IMG/VR virus record: IMGVR_UViG_3300027867_000004
Direction: 5' to 3' (one strand)
Length of the DNA stretch: 64,000 nucleotides
Source of the DNA: an uncultured virus (IMG/VR IMGVR_UViG_3300027867_000004)
Lineage: Duplodnaviria; Heunggongvirae; Uroviricota; Caudoviricetes
A program made the translations under genes and the position numbers. Position 1 is the first letter of the stretch. Each line of letters begins with the position of its first letter. Below, one piece after another: positions 10,655 to 20,700 of the stretch. The notes beneath the pieces are model-generated. The model saw only the letters and a program-made list of their open reading frames with translations. It ran no database searches and was not told the DNA's origin.

Positions 10655-11042
10655 TTTCATCGTTATTTTGTAAGTATCCATCTCGAAGCCCAAACCACAT
10701 TACCATTACTGTCGTTACAAATATTGCGCCGTTAAACGTCATGGTTATTTTCACAGCATCCGAAAGCAGCCCATGACGGTTCAGAATGATGATAATATAG
10801 TTGATGCACACCGATAGGATGCACATCAGGTTTAGCTGCCCGTGTATAGCGTTCACTACACCTTTATATTTATCGATCAAATAAAAGACCAGCATAGACA
10901 AGGTTAAATAATTATAAAACAGTTTTGTGTAATGCTCATCCCAAAAAGGATGGGTCAACACGTAAATATAAAAATTAAAACTGAAAGTATAAACAGTCAG
11001 CGCGGCCAGGGTGATGATTAATCGCCACTGCTCAGGACGCAT
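10638..11042 (-). CDS. Four-TM membrane protein
   Basis: Four hydrophobic segments in 134 aa. Confidence 0.6.
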   Translation of the reverse strand: MRPEQWRLIITLAALTVYTFSFNFYIYVLTHPFWDEHYTKLFYNYLTLSMLVFYLIDKYKGVVNAIHGQLNLMCILSVCINYIIIILNRHGLLSDAVKITMTFNGAIFVTTVMVMWFGLRDGYLQNNDENERAG

Positions 11043-11146
11043 TTTGCTAATACATTATCCCATTCGTATCCGGGTGGGCATTTCGGTGGGTCGCCGTCAG
11101 GTTTGATCGGCGCGGGTTTCTTTACTGGTTTTTGTTTCTTCGCCAT
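11018..11146 (-). CDS. 42-aa Lys/Pro-rich peptide with CPPGYEWD...KC motif; not in the ORF track
   Basis: MAKKQKPVKKPAPIKPDGDPPKCPPGYEWDNVLAKCVLSSGD; A-rich upstream region; overlaps the start of the 4-TM gene. Confidence 0.6.
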   Translation of the reverse strand: MAKKQKPVKKPAPIKPDGDPPKCPPGYEWDNVLAKCVLSSGD

Positions 11147-11275
11147 GATCTGATTTTTTAAGTATTGTTTTCAAAACATTAATTGTATCCCTGTAATCGA
11201 GCGGCGCTTTTCGCTCCAATACCTCAATCATCTGCCATCAGAATAATCTTATTTCGTTGAGGCGTCTGGCGTCGG

Positions 11276-11701
11276 TCATTTGATGTTGATTAAAATACTT
11301 GCACCTAAAGATAAGAATTTTGTTGTGTTTAGAACTCCTAATGGTACGTGACCGATTCCTTCGTTATAATAGTTCTGTCCGCCACGATAATTCAAGTTTC
11401 GGTGCGCTCCGTAATTATACAGACCGTCGAAAATCGCATATCTTATCAGAATATAATTTACAGGCATTTTCCAGTTCGGCTTGCATACAAACGGAACGGC
11501 AAGTAATGTTCCGATAGACAGGGCATTTAGGGCATGTCCCTGAGCGTAATACTCCCGGCTATTGAGACCATCTCCGACTGCATTGGCAACAACTGAGGTG
11601 GTTAATAGGGCGTATTGAAGCCATTTGCCTTTGCGGGTGTGTTTGGTCGTATCCTGCGCCCTCACACACATCGGAAACAGAAGTATAAAGAGCCACTTCA
11701 T
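11276..11701 (-). CDS. Exported or membrane hypothetical protein
   Basis: Signal peptide MKWLFILLFPMCVRA/Q and further hydrophobic segments. Confidence 0.6.
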   Translation of the reverse strand: MKWLFILLFPMCVRAQDTTKHTRKGKWLQYALLTTSVVANAVGDGLNSREYYAQGHALNALSIGTLLAVPFVCKPNWKMPVNYILIRYAIFDGLYNYGAHRNLNYRGGQNYYNEGIGHVPLGVLNTTKFLSLGASILINIK

Positions 11702-11940
11702 TTGACCAAATCGGCTTTAGGTATGAACCACTCCGTATTAGTCTGATCTGTAGCCTCCACAAATATCTGCCCACTTAATGGGTCAGTGTAAATTCGCTCT
11801 ACCCTGATAGGTTGAACGGGTTGATACGTCCCCTTATTGAACACCTCAGATTTGATATGGTACATCATGCCTACCTGAATGTTTAGCGGTTCTTTTTGGC
11901 AGGCGGTGCAAAGCAGTAAGAGTAGGATAAGTTTTTTCAT
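11698..11940 (-). CDS. Putative lipoprotein
   Basis: [14 protein letters not shown] lipobox-like signal. Confidence 0.6.
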   Translation of the reverse strand: MKKLILLLLLCTACQKEPLNIQVGMMYHIKSEVFNKGTYQPVQPIRVERIYTDPLSGQIFVEATDQTNTEWFIPKADLVK

Positions 11941-14426
11941 TAATTGACAATAAAATAGTTAAGCAGACTGCCGTCCGCCGTGTTTATAGTTCCTGCTGCT
12001 ACATTGGCCTGTATAGTCAACGTATTTGATGTGCAGACGGCTTGGTATTGTGTGGTCAGCGTAACCCCACTTGGGCTTACTAATTGGACAAACGCACGTG
12101 ATGAAGTGGTGACACCCGTTATAGTTATCGCTTTTGTACCGCTTACTAAGGCAACTTGCCCAACGAATCCATTCGTTCCCTCGGCAACTTTTAATTCATT
12201 ACCTAACGATATAGCAACATTACCATTAACCTGTAATTTATCATGGGCGGCATCATCCGTAGTTGTATTGATAAGTACATCGTCATCCGCCTTTGTTACA
12301 CTTAAATCATAATTATTTGTTCCATTATTGTAAACAGAATAGTTGGCGCCCGAGTTCATCCCTATAAACCAGTCCGTTGTTCCAGTAGAAAGCTGTAATT
12401 GGAATCGCCCTGACACAAATATAGATTGTGTACCTCCGGACGTAATATTGAGTGAGTTCGCTTGAACGTTTCCAGAAAAGACTCCCGCGCCTAATGTTAT
12501 TCTGCCGCTATTATTTACGTCAAAATAAATAGGACTTGTTCCGGTGCCATCGGGATCCATAATAAAACCGCTTGACCTTGTCGTTAAGTTTGGAAGTGTC
12601 GAAAGACCGCTATTGGCAAGATTTATCCTGCCTGATGTGGTACTGGCTGCACCTATGGTTAAAGCTGCCGAATTTGACAAATTCATCACATCAGTGAAAG
12701 AACCAGACCCTGCTGTACTGCGCCTGAATGCCCAATATAGGTTAGATGTTGGCGTAGCGGCTGAAACTGGCCGTAATTCCTCTATAGTTTCAAGGTAGTT
12801 ATCTGCTGCTGTTGCGGTTGTATTCCAGGCATGAGAAATCCAGTGTTGTCGGGGTGACCATTGTACAGTAGCGCCAGAAGTTGAAGCTGTAGTATTTTCA
12901 TACGTAAATCCGTCTGTTGATGTGTTTGCTATACCTGCAATATTCACTAAAGGAGCTCCTGTCCAAGTATTTGAATGCGCTAAGGCTAATGACCCAACGA
13001 CTGATCCTGTAGTTGGAGATATGGTTAATGTACCGTCCGAGTTTGAAACAGAAGATACACCACCTCCGCCAGACCCGTTAGATGCCGCTGTAAGGCGACC
13101 TTTGGCGTCAACCGTAATATTGGCATTTGTGTAACTCCCTGCTGTAACTGCTGTATTAGCCAATGTCGCCGCCACACTTCCCGGCCCTGTTGCTGTGACG
13201 TCTCCGGTGAGGGCGGTGATATAGTTTCCAGCGACCTGAGCGCCAATGGTATTGTAAGAAATAGTTTTAGCCGCTGACCCGTTGAATACTTGCGGTGATG
13301 AACCGCCTGAACCGCCTGAATTGAATGTTATTGAATTTGTGGTTGTGCCGCCTCCAGCCAATAGGCTATCCGCCTTAGCGATTGCAATACTGTCAACCTT
13401 TCCGTATTGTGCGTATTGAGACCCATACTTAACAGGATAAATCCATTTACCGTTCAATCCCACGCTATCCACTTGGTCTTGCACCATAACGCCAAACTCA
13501 CCTGTTGACCACTCCAGATTTTTGCTGTGACTATTCGACCCTAAACTAAATCCAACGAATGCGCGGGCTTGTGTAGATGGCCCACTTTTATCCAGCCGCA
13601 TGACCGCTTGATTGTTATTGACGGTCTGTGTAAAACTATTAACCAATACACCATTCTGTAATGTTACTTGTGCTGTACCGACCCCACTACCGACAGATGT
13701 TAAAGTAAGTCCGTTTGCGCCTGTACCTGATATACCTGTAGCTTGCACCAACGTACCCCCCAACTGCCCGTTCGTTCCTGTCAGGGTGAGGCCGTTGTTA
13801 AGGGTCGATACGCCACCTGAAGCCGTTACCGTTAACGTATGCCCTACAGGATCAAATGTACATCCTGTACAGGTAGTTATTGAAGCTAGAGGTATATTTG
13901 TTGCTCCACCGTCAAACGATATTTCAGGATATTGATTGGAGTTTAAAAATCGTAATACATGGGCATGTGCCGTATCGCCGTTCATAATGGCGGACATGAA
14001 CGAGCCGCCGAACGTGGATGCTCCAAAACGTGCTTCCACACTATCTACACTCAATACATTACGCAATACGGAAAGATGCCTATCAACCGCGTCAGTCCCG
14101 TGTCCTATGACGACTTTGTTGTTCAAATAGATCGTGTGGGCGAGATCAATATGCGCATTCGTGATCGTCCCCAGGTTCTGAAAGTTGGTCGTAAACGAGA
14201 TCGTGTCGCCGCCACCACCAGCCCAGCGCCGCACGGTCACGCTGTCTGGCAATAACCAATAAAAAGGCGTTACACTAGGCGAGCTCAGGTTCAGCCAGGG
14301 CCTATGTGTGCTTGGCTCCAGAAAAGACTGCATCTGCGTAAGGCGCTCAGGATTAATAGGGCCCGTCTGCGCATGTCCTGTAAACCAAGAACTTAATATC
14401 AGCAGTATGATGAGTAACTTTTTCAT
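11940..14426 (-). CDS. Tail fibre-like protein with N-terminal Sec signal peptide
   Basis: Gly/Thr/Ser-rich. [38 protein letters not shown] and DKLQVNGN are typical fibre repeats. Signal [20 protein letters not shown]. Confidence 0.72.
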   Translation of the reverse strand: MKKLLIILLILSSWFTGHAQTGPINPERLTQMQSFLEPSTHRPWLNLSSPSVTPFYWLLPDSVTVRRWAGGGGDTISFTTNFQNLGTITNAHIDLAHTIYLNNKVVIGHGTDAVDRHLSVLRNVLSVDSVEARFGASTFGGSFMSAIMNGDTAHAHVLRFLNSNQYPEISFDGGATNIPLASITTCTGCTFDPVGHTLTVTASGGVSTLNNGLTLTGTNGQLGGTLVQATGISGTGANGLTLTSVGSGVGTAQVTLQNGVLVNSFTQTVNNNQAVMRLDKSGPSTQARAFVGFSLGSNSHSKNLEWSTGEFGVMVQDQVDSVGLNGKWIYPVKYGSQYAQYGKVDSIAIAKADSLLAGGGTTTNSITFNSGGSGGSSPQVFNGSAAKTISYNTIGAQVAGNYITALTGDVTATGPGSVAATLANTAVTAGSYTNANITVDAKGRLTAASNGSGGGGVSSVSNSDGTLTISPTTGSVVGSLALAHSNTWTGAPLVNIAGIANTSTDGFTYENTTASTSGATVQWSPRQHWISHAWNTTATAADNYLETIEELRPVSAATPTSNLYWAFRRSTAGSGSFTDVMNLSNSAALTIGAASTTSGRINLANSGLSTLPNLTTRSSGFIMDPDGTGTSPIYFDVNNSGRITLGAGVFSGNVQANSLNITSGGTQSIFVSGRFQLQLSTGTTDWFIGMNSGANYSVYNNGTNNYDLSVTKADDDVLINTTTDDAAHDKLQVNGNVAISLGNELKVAEGTNGFVGQVALVSGTKAITITGVTTSSRAFVQLVSPSGVTLTTQYQAVCTSNTLTIQANVAAGTINTADGSLLNYFIVN

Positions 14427-15001
14427 GATGGTTTCTTGCCTGAGATGATGTAATAACCAGATGTAGGTATCGTAAAATTCCAGCTAATCGATTGCAGTGG
14501 CTGCGTGATGTCATTTGCAGGATATACAGGAACTGGAGCGGTTTGTTCGTCCTGCTGGTACCCGTTTATATTATCACCAACAAATATCTGGATCTCTGGG
14601 TTATCGCCGTAGGTTGGATAATAGTTCGTCGACCAATTATCAATAACAAGTAAAGGCGTAGGGCCGAACGGTATACGTCCGCTTTGCGTAAAGTTTCCTG
14701 ATGTTTGCACGATCACCGTTTGCCCTGGAATAATAACGTTCGGATTATAAACTACACCCGTGCCATTATAAGCAGCTGTCTCGTCAAGAAGCAGTTCATA
14801 GATCGCTGTCGTAGTGGCATCATTGATCTGCTCGTTGATATCCCACTGCAAAGCCCGCATAAGCCGTTTAAGACATACCAGGCGTTCGTTAAATTTTGTA
14901 GGAAAGCCAAACTTTAAGGCATTGGTATTAAAGTCCTGTATCTGGATAAAATACCCCTGACCAATTGCGATTGCCGCTGCTATTTGATCAACGCTGGCCA
15001 T
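14423..15001 (-). CDS. Putative virion or tail-associated protein
   Basis: Position between fibre and structural genes; composition. Confidence 0.5.
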   Translation of the reverse strand: MASVDQIAAAIAIGQGYFIQIQDFNTNALKFGFPTKFNERLVCLKRLMRALQWDINEQINDATTTAIYELLLDETAAYNGTGVVYNPNVIIPGQTVIVQTSGNFTQSGRIPFGPTPLLVIDNWSTNYYPTYGDNPEIQIFVGDNINGYQQDEQTAPVPVYPANDITQPLQSISWNFTIPTSGYYIISGKKPS

Positions 15002-15495
15002 TATGGGTTAGGGGAAAGGTAAGCTGTTGCTGCGTTAATGTCGTTATTGAAGCCAGCGCCGTTGCCGCTCAATGCTTCGATAGCTGCACCAGTAAAATAA
15101 TTATCGGCCTGGAAAAGTTGTTGCTGCTCAAACTTTCCACCGCAGCATCCAGCTTGCAGGATAGCCCGGTACAGGTTCTTGGTGATCCGGTCCAGTGGTA
15201 ACCCGTAGATCGGGGAGTTATAGTTTGGAACACCGCCTATTCCTGTTAACTGCAATTGCATATTTATCCACAAGGACTGGGTTAAAGCATACTGGATCGC
15301 CAGTGCAGGATTATTTATTGGCAAAGTGGCAAGTACGTTGTTATAGGCATCTACCAGCACGAAGTTGCGGATAAAGTTAGCCATCGTGTATCCTTCGACG
15401 GATTGACCGCCGTAGTTACTCAAGTCATTCAGGGTTAAAACGTAGCCTGTTGAGTCTTGGGTAGCTGATGCTGTTGCTGCAAAGGGTAATGCCAT
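15001..15495 (-). CDS. Putative virion or tail-associated protein
   Basis: Position; low-charge composition with a GCCGG motif. Confidence 0.5.
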   Translation of the reverse strand: MALPFAATASATQDSTGYVLTLNDLSNYGGQSVEGYTMANFIRNFVLVDAYNNVLATLPINNPALAIQYALTQSLWINMQLQLTGIGGVPNYNSPIYGLPLDRITKNLYRAILQAGCCGGKFEQQQLFQADNYFTGAAIEALSGNGAGFNNDINAATAYLSPNP

Positions 15496-15497
15496 GA

Positions 15498-15779
15498 TTA
15501 TTCAACGATTAGTGCAGCAAGTTTATTTACTGCATCGGTTAATGAAACTGGTGCGGCCCCGCCGATAGTTGCGATTTGAGCCAGCGGGAAAATAATCTTT
15601 TCTTTATCAGCTAAGATGAGTACTACTGTAGCTTCTGTGCCTCCATTGCCCGTACCCTTGATTCTGGCATTTTGAATGTTGACTACATAATAAGGAACAT
15701 CACCTGCCTGAGCAGTATATTGAATAGAGCCAGCGTGACCGCCAGATGCTATAATAAAAGAAGGAGTGATCTCTGCCAT
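15498..15779 (-). CDS. Small putative virion protein
   Basis: 93 aa, Ala/Gly-rich, TATATTTA promoter-like box upstream. Confidence 0.5.
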   Translation of the reverse strand: MAEITPSFIIASGGHAGSIQYTAQAGDVPYYVVNIQNARIKGTGNGGTEATVVLILADKEKIIFPLAQIATIGGAAPVSLTDAVNKLAALIVE

Positions 15780-15818
15780 GGTCTTTCAAATTTTTAATAA
15801 ATATATAAATTATTTATA

Positions 15819-17087
15819 TCAAAACATGATACCAATATCAGAGGCTCTCTTAATAACTTCATTAATTTCGTTTATAGATCCAAGATTAATTTCATTTTTA
15901 GAGCCTTTTATCTGATCGGTGTATTCCTCTATTTTTTTAAAACATTCCTTTATAGATTTGCCCGTAGCTAAGACTGATCCAATATTATCAAAATTTGTAT
16001 ACTTGGGAATAACATAATAAGTATCGTCCATTATACAGTAATTTCTAAGTTTTACCCATCTTGAAATTTCTTTTGGAAACTGTATAGGGTACCATTCATT
16101 CTCGCTCCAAGGGCTATCTATGAATATCTGTACCCCATATTCATCTTCAAAAATTGGGTTTACCATTATACCTAATGCCCCGTACCAAAATATCTCAGGT
16201 AAATTAAGGCACATTTCACAAAAGAGCTCTCCCGGAGGTGAAGCCATTCTTGTAGTAATATCGATGCAGGTTGAAACTTTATCACTACCAATTCTTTGTT
16301 CCGTGGAAAAAAAGTTACAGTACTCATGTTTTTCCAATTCTTCGCTTATCTTATCGTTGAAATCAGTAATTAATGGCGATATATCACTATAATCTTTTAC
16401 ATGTCCGCAGTACGCGACATCTTTAATCTCCATACCGAAGATAGTTTTGTCAGGAAATTTGCCGTTAATACAATATCCATCATACCCTGCTTCAACTATA
16501 TCATCTCCTTTAATCGGTTTTTCGACTATAAACTCATAATCATCTTTCAACTTACCCAACTTGTGCTCTAGTTTATCGAGTTCCATTTCTGATAATTCGT
16601 AATTCACATGCTTCCAAGTCTCGAAATCTTTACGGTAGTTGGACACCTTAATGTAACGTTCGTCAACTTCTTTAAGATAATTACGCAGCTTATCAATGCC
16701 TTTTACAGATACTATCTCTGGATGAGGTAAACCAACTTTTTGCATCCATTGATTTGTTTTAAGCCGTTCACGCTCAAATTCGTCACCGAACTTAGAGCCC
16801 CATACAGGTTTTTTAAAATCATTGACAAGCACTTGCTGCATATCACCATGATAGAGACCAGGGAATACTATAAGGTCAGCTTTTTTTGCATAAAGCCAAA
16901 AATCATATACCCGGATAACATTAGGGATGTTTGTACCTATGGCTGCATCAGAACTTTTGGGATAATCCGATTTCCAATCGATATATAAATATACCGTCAT
17001 AAAATCACGTGACAAGCGATCAGCAAGCCACATGAATAGGCCGTCATCATAAATCAATACTGTTTTATCGTTTACTATCTCGTTCAT
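15819..17087 (-). CDS. PurD/GARS-like ATP-grasp ligase
   Basis: PVWGS...EFERERLKTNQWMQKVGLP, YIKVS, FIVEKPIKG..VEAGYDG and IDITTRMASPP match the ATP-grasp motif layout. Confidence 0.75.
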   Translation of the reverse strand: MNEIVNDKTVLIYDDGLFMWLADRLSRDFMTVYLYIDWKSDYPKSSDAAIGTNIPNVIRVYDFWLYAKKADLIVFPGLYHGDMQQVLVNDFKKPVWGSKFGDEFERERLKTNQWMQKVGLPHPEIVSVKGIDKLRNYLKEVDERYIKVSNYRKDFETWKHVNYELSEMELDKLEHKLGKLKDDYEFIVEKPIKGDDIVEAGYDGYCINGKFPDKTIFGMEIKDVAYCGHVKDYSDISPLITDFNDKISEELEKHEYCNFFSTEQRIGSDKVSTCIDITTRMASPPGELFCEMCLNLPEIFWYGALGIMVNPIFEDEYGVQIFIDSPWSENEWYPIQFPKEISRWVKLRNYCIMDDTYYVIPKYTNFDNIGSVLATGKSIKECFKKIEEYTDQIKGSKNEINLGSINEINEVIKRASDIGIMF

Positions 17088-17704
17088 TTGTCGTACTCGT
17101 TGTAAAGCTCGTTAAGTTCAGCAACTACTTTAGATACGTCAGCAACCTTCGGAAACATCTCGTCAAATTCCTCCTGATCATAGGCAGTCAGGTATGCCAC
17201 GCGTTCGTTCTGTAGGTTGCTTTTCACATAACCCTCTTTTAAAAGGCCCTTATTCATTGCAGCAATGTTATTGAGCCCTATCTTATCTGATATTTCGTTT
17301 GCTCTTTTCAGATATTCAGGATGCTCACGATAGTAAAAGTGGGTTTTTTCGTGCTTGATCGTTATCGCGTCACCCTGTTCTACAAAAATAACATAGCCGT
17401 CATAATCAATCTCCTGGATGGCTTCAAAAACAGCATTTTCTCTTTCCGACACATTGCCAGCAAAGGTATGCATGAACATGTGGATCTTACTTGCCGGTAT
17501 ATTGTGCCCTTCCCAGTAAGACCAATACTTGATATTACCTTTCTTAGTACTCCAGATATCAATGAAAACATCCGGGGTATAATACATCTGCAACTGTGGA
17601 TTACCTTCTGAAAACTCACTCATTCGAAAACAAGTCAAATTCATTTCTTTTCGCGTAGGAAACTCGATCAGGATTGCCCGGTTAGATAGTTTAGTTATTT
17701 TCAT
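17084..17704 (-). CDS. Hypothetical protein with zincin-like HExxH motif
   Basis: KHEKTHFYY with downstream NERVAY (possible third ligand). Translationally coupled to its neighbours. Confidence 0.55.
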   Translation of the reverse strand: MKITKLSNRAILIEFPTRKEMNLTCFRMSEFSEGNPQLQMYYTPDVFIDIWSTKKGNIKYWSYWEGHNIPASKIHMFMHTFAGNVSERENAVFEAIQEIDYDGYVIFVEQGDAITIKHEKTHFYYREHPEYLKRANEISDKIGLNNIAAMNKGLLKEGYVKSNLQNERVAYLTAYDQEEFDEMFPKVADVSKVVAELNELYNEYDK

Positions 17705-20700
17705 TTGTCAAAACTTGAATAGGGTTTATCTTTTTTCTGATGTTTTTCTTCGTATAACTGCTGCTCCAGTACCCGCATCTGAACGGTACCTTTAGGATCA
17801 TAAATCTCCCGTTCTTTCGGAGTCATTTCTTTCCACAACGCAATTTTATCATCCATTGGCAGTTTTCCATAAAAAAACATAGACGGATCCTCGCTACCAC
17901 CACTGCCCAGATGTTTGTTCAGATACCCGAACTGCTTCTGGGTAATAAGGCCCTTTTCCATTGCATCCGAGGCTACTTTTTCAGCTTCTTCGTATTTCTT
18001 TTGTACGTAAAGTGACTTGATCTGTGCTTTCAGATCGTGCACATCCTTATCGCCTTTACTCTTTACGCCTTCATGCAAATTGAACAGATCAAATATCTTA
18101 TTTTCTATCGGAGGACTGGTTAAATATTTTGGGGCTTTATTCAGTCCGAAAAAACTCATGGCCATCTGCCCGTAACTATCCCCTTCTTTAATGCTTTTTT
18201 GCAGGTTGCTAAACGAGATCGGCTTAGGCAGAACATACTCGCCGATATCTTTTGCTTTATCCAAAGCCCCGTCATTCGGATTGTATATCTGGTATTTTTG
18301 AAAATCGCTGTTCGACCAGATATCGTTTAGTTTGCCCAGGTCACCGGCCAGTGATGACCGGATATAATCAGCAGGTCCTTTATAAGCCAGGTGGGTCACA
18401 TCCTTAATATAAGTTGGCAGAACAATCCTTTGCTTGTCATCATCTTTATCAAGGCGAGGTGCGATCAAATCTTTTATATTCTGAGGATAAGTGCCCGTAG
18501 CTATATACTGCGTTACGGTAGCCAGCGCAGTCTGCATAGTAGCCAGGCCCAGTACCCAGGCGACTTTCGGTGACAGATTTGGCGCGCGGCCCTGTTTAGC
18601 TGCATTATAAAATTCCATAGCCTGTTCTATCGGCGCACCGCCCATAGCCCGCAGGTTACCCAGCTTCCAGGTCACTGAACGTAGCATAAGCTGCATGGAC
18701 GTTTTAAATGTCCGGTTCCAGAACAGGTTATCAAAGTTCATTTCTCCCAGCCTGTCATCGATAAAATCCACAGTTTTACGGGCAATCTCGGCCCGGGTAG
18801 TTTTACCTGATGCAAGGTCCGCCTGCTGTTCCTGGAGCGCCAGCGGGAACTCTTTCATAAACATGCCTACCTTCATGGCTGGAATATAATGATCAAACAG
18901 CGGGGACATTACCAGTTCATTCAGTGCAGGGATCGACCGGAGTGCAGCACCTATATAGTTATCCTTGCCCGCCGCTTCTTTCATCGCCTTGTAGGTGTTG
19001 GCTTTCAAATCAGCGCTTTGTTTCATCAGGCCACCCCCCATAAACAGATCATGGATATACTGCTTGGCCAGCGGGTTAGCTTTCAGGAATTTTTTACCGA
19101 AATCTGATTTTTCAAATTCTCCTTCAGTAGCCAGTTTAATCGTGTTCCTGCCTAAAGAGAAAGTTGTTTTTGGGGAGAATGGTGATTTTAAAATATCCAG
19201 GATCCCCTCTCCTGCTGATTTAAAGTCCCCCCTCAGTCCCAGGTTTACCAGTTTACGCATACCCCGGCCAATATCCGAGGATATCCCTTCCAGCGCGATA
19301 GCCGAAGCGTGGTATCCTGAAAGCCCCAGTTCTGCCGCGGTGTATATATTTTTAAGGTTCATCAGGCCTCTGCCAACCGGACTTTCACGGATCAGATCAC
19401 GGGATAAATGATTGTTCACCAGACGGCCTGCATTCTTCTCAATATAAAATTCGCCTGTTTTTACCACGCCTTCCTTGACCGGGAAATAAACTGAGGCAAT
19501 TTTATCATCAATTTTAGTATACCCTTCCGGCACCTCTCCGCCATTCCGTACAAATTTTATAAACCCGTCTTCTTTCAGCGCGTCAAACATCCGGTGAGCA
19601 GTGACAAACTTCATCGCATCTGCATAAGCTGCTTTGAACATGGTCATAGGATTGGTGGATAATGGCACCCCGCCACGGGCGATTCCCTCACTGATATCTG
19701 CAAGAGTTGCTTTTTTAAGGAAACCTTTACTACCCTCCAGCGGACGTTTGGAAGAACCGAACCAGCTGCGGGACTTTTCACCGCCCGGCAATTCCTTCCA
19801 AAGCACCCGGAAGTGGTTTTCTTTGAACGGGAGGCTTTCCTTAAATTTATTTACCTCGTCATAAAGCTCCTTATCCATTTTACCATACATATCAGCAATG
19901 GCCTGGAGCTCAGGTGTAGCCTGTGGCTGACCGCGTTTTAACCGGTCAATAAAAGCGATCCGGTCCTCATCCGGCATCTTGTCAAACATTTTCTCAATAG
20001 CCCCTACCGCTTTATCTACGTTAGCCATGGACTCATTACGTACGTTCAGGTTTTTGGTAATAATATCTTTTGCCTGCAGAGATACGCCAGTCTTCGGGCT
20101 GATCGTACGAACAATAGCCCCTAATGCTTCTTTAAAATTAGTAGCTACCTTCTGGACAAACGGTTTTACATCATGCTCAACAAGTTCATTCATAAACGGC
20201 AATGACATTACCATACCTGCGGCTTTTGGCTGACGTTCAATTTTGGCTATAGCATCATCAATCATTTTAGGCGTGAGTTTTTCCCGGCTTTTAGCATAAG
20301 CGTTTCTTGCTGAGCCCTCGTCATCATAAGCATCCGATATAGTATATCCGCTGTTTGTATCTACAATCCCGAATTTACCATCAGGCAGTTCTGCTAAAGC
20401 AAGATTATACTTTGAACCCTTCAATTTGCTAGGTTGGATGAGCGTATTGTCCTTAACTTTTATTTTTTTATCACCAGAAGCTTTCTCCACTGGTTTTTCC
20501 TTATCCGGAGACTCAGCTTCCTGTTTTACAGGTTTTTTCTTAACTTCTTTTTCAGGAGCTTTCTGTACGGGTTTTTCTTTATCCGGAGACTCAGCTTCTT
20601 CCTTTATAGGCTTTGCTTCTTCCTTAATTGGCTCAATTTTTTCTGTAACAGGCTCTTCGGGTTTAGCTCCTGCTTCTTCGGGTGTTTTTGGTGGCTCAGG

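Noticed and set aside
15819..17087. Bona fide purD auxiliary metabolic gene
   Set aside because: It lacks the GxGGRE N-terminal and GPNTGGMG motifs of true PurD, so only the fold is called.
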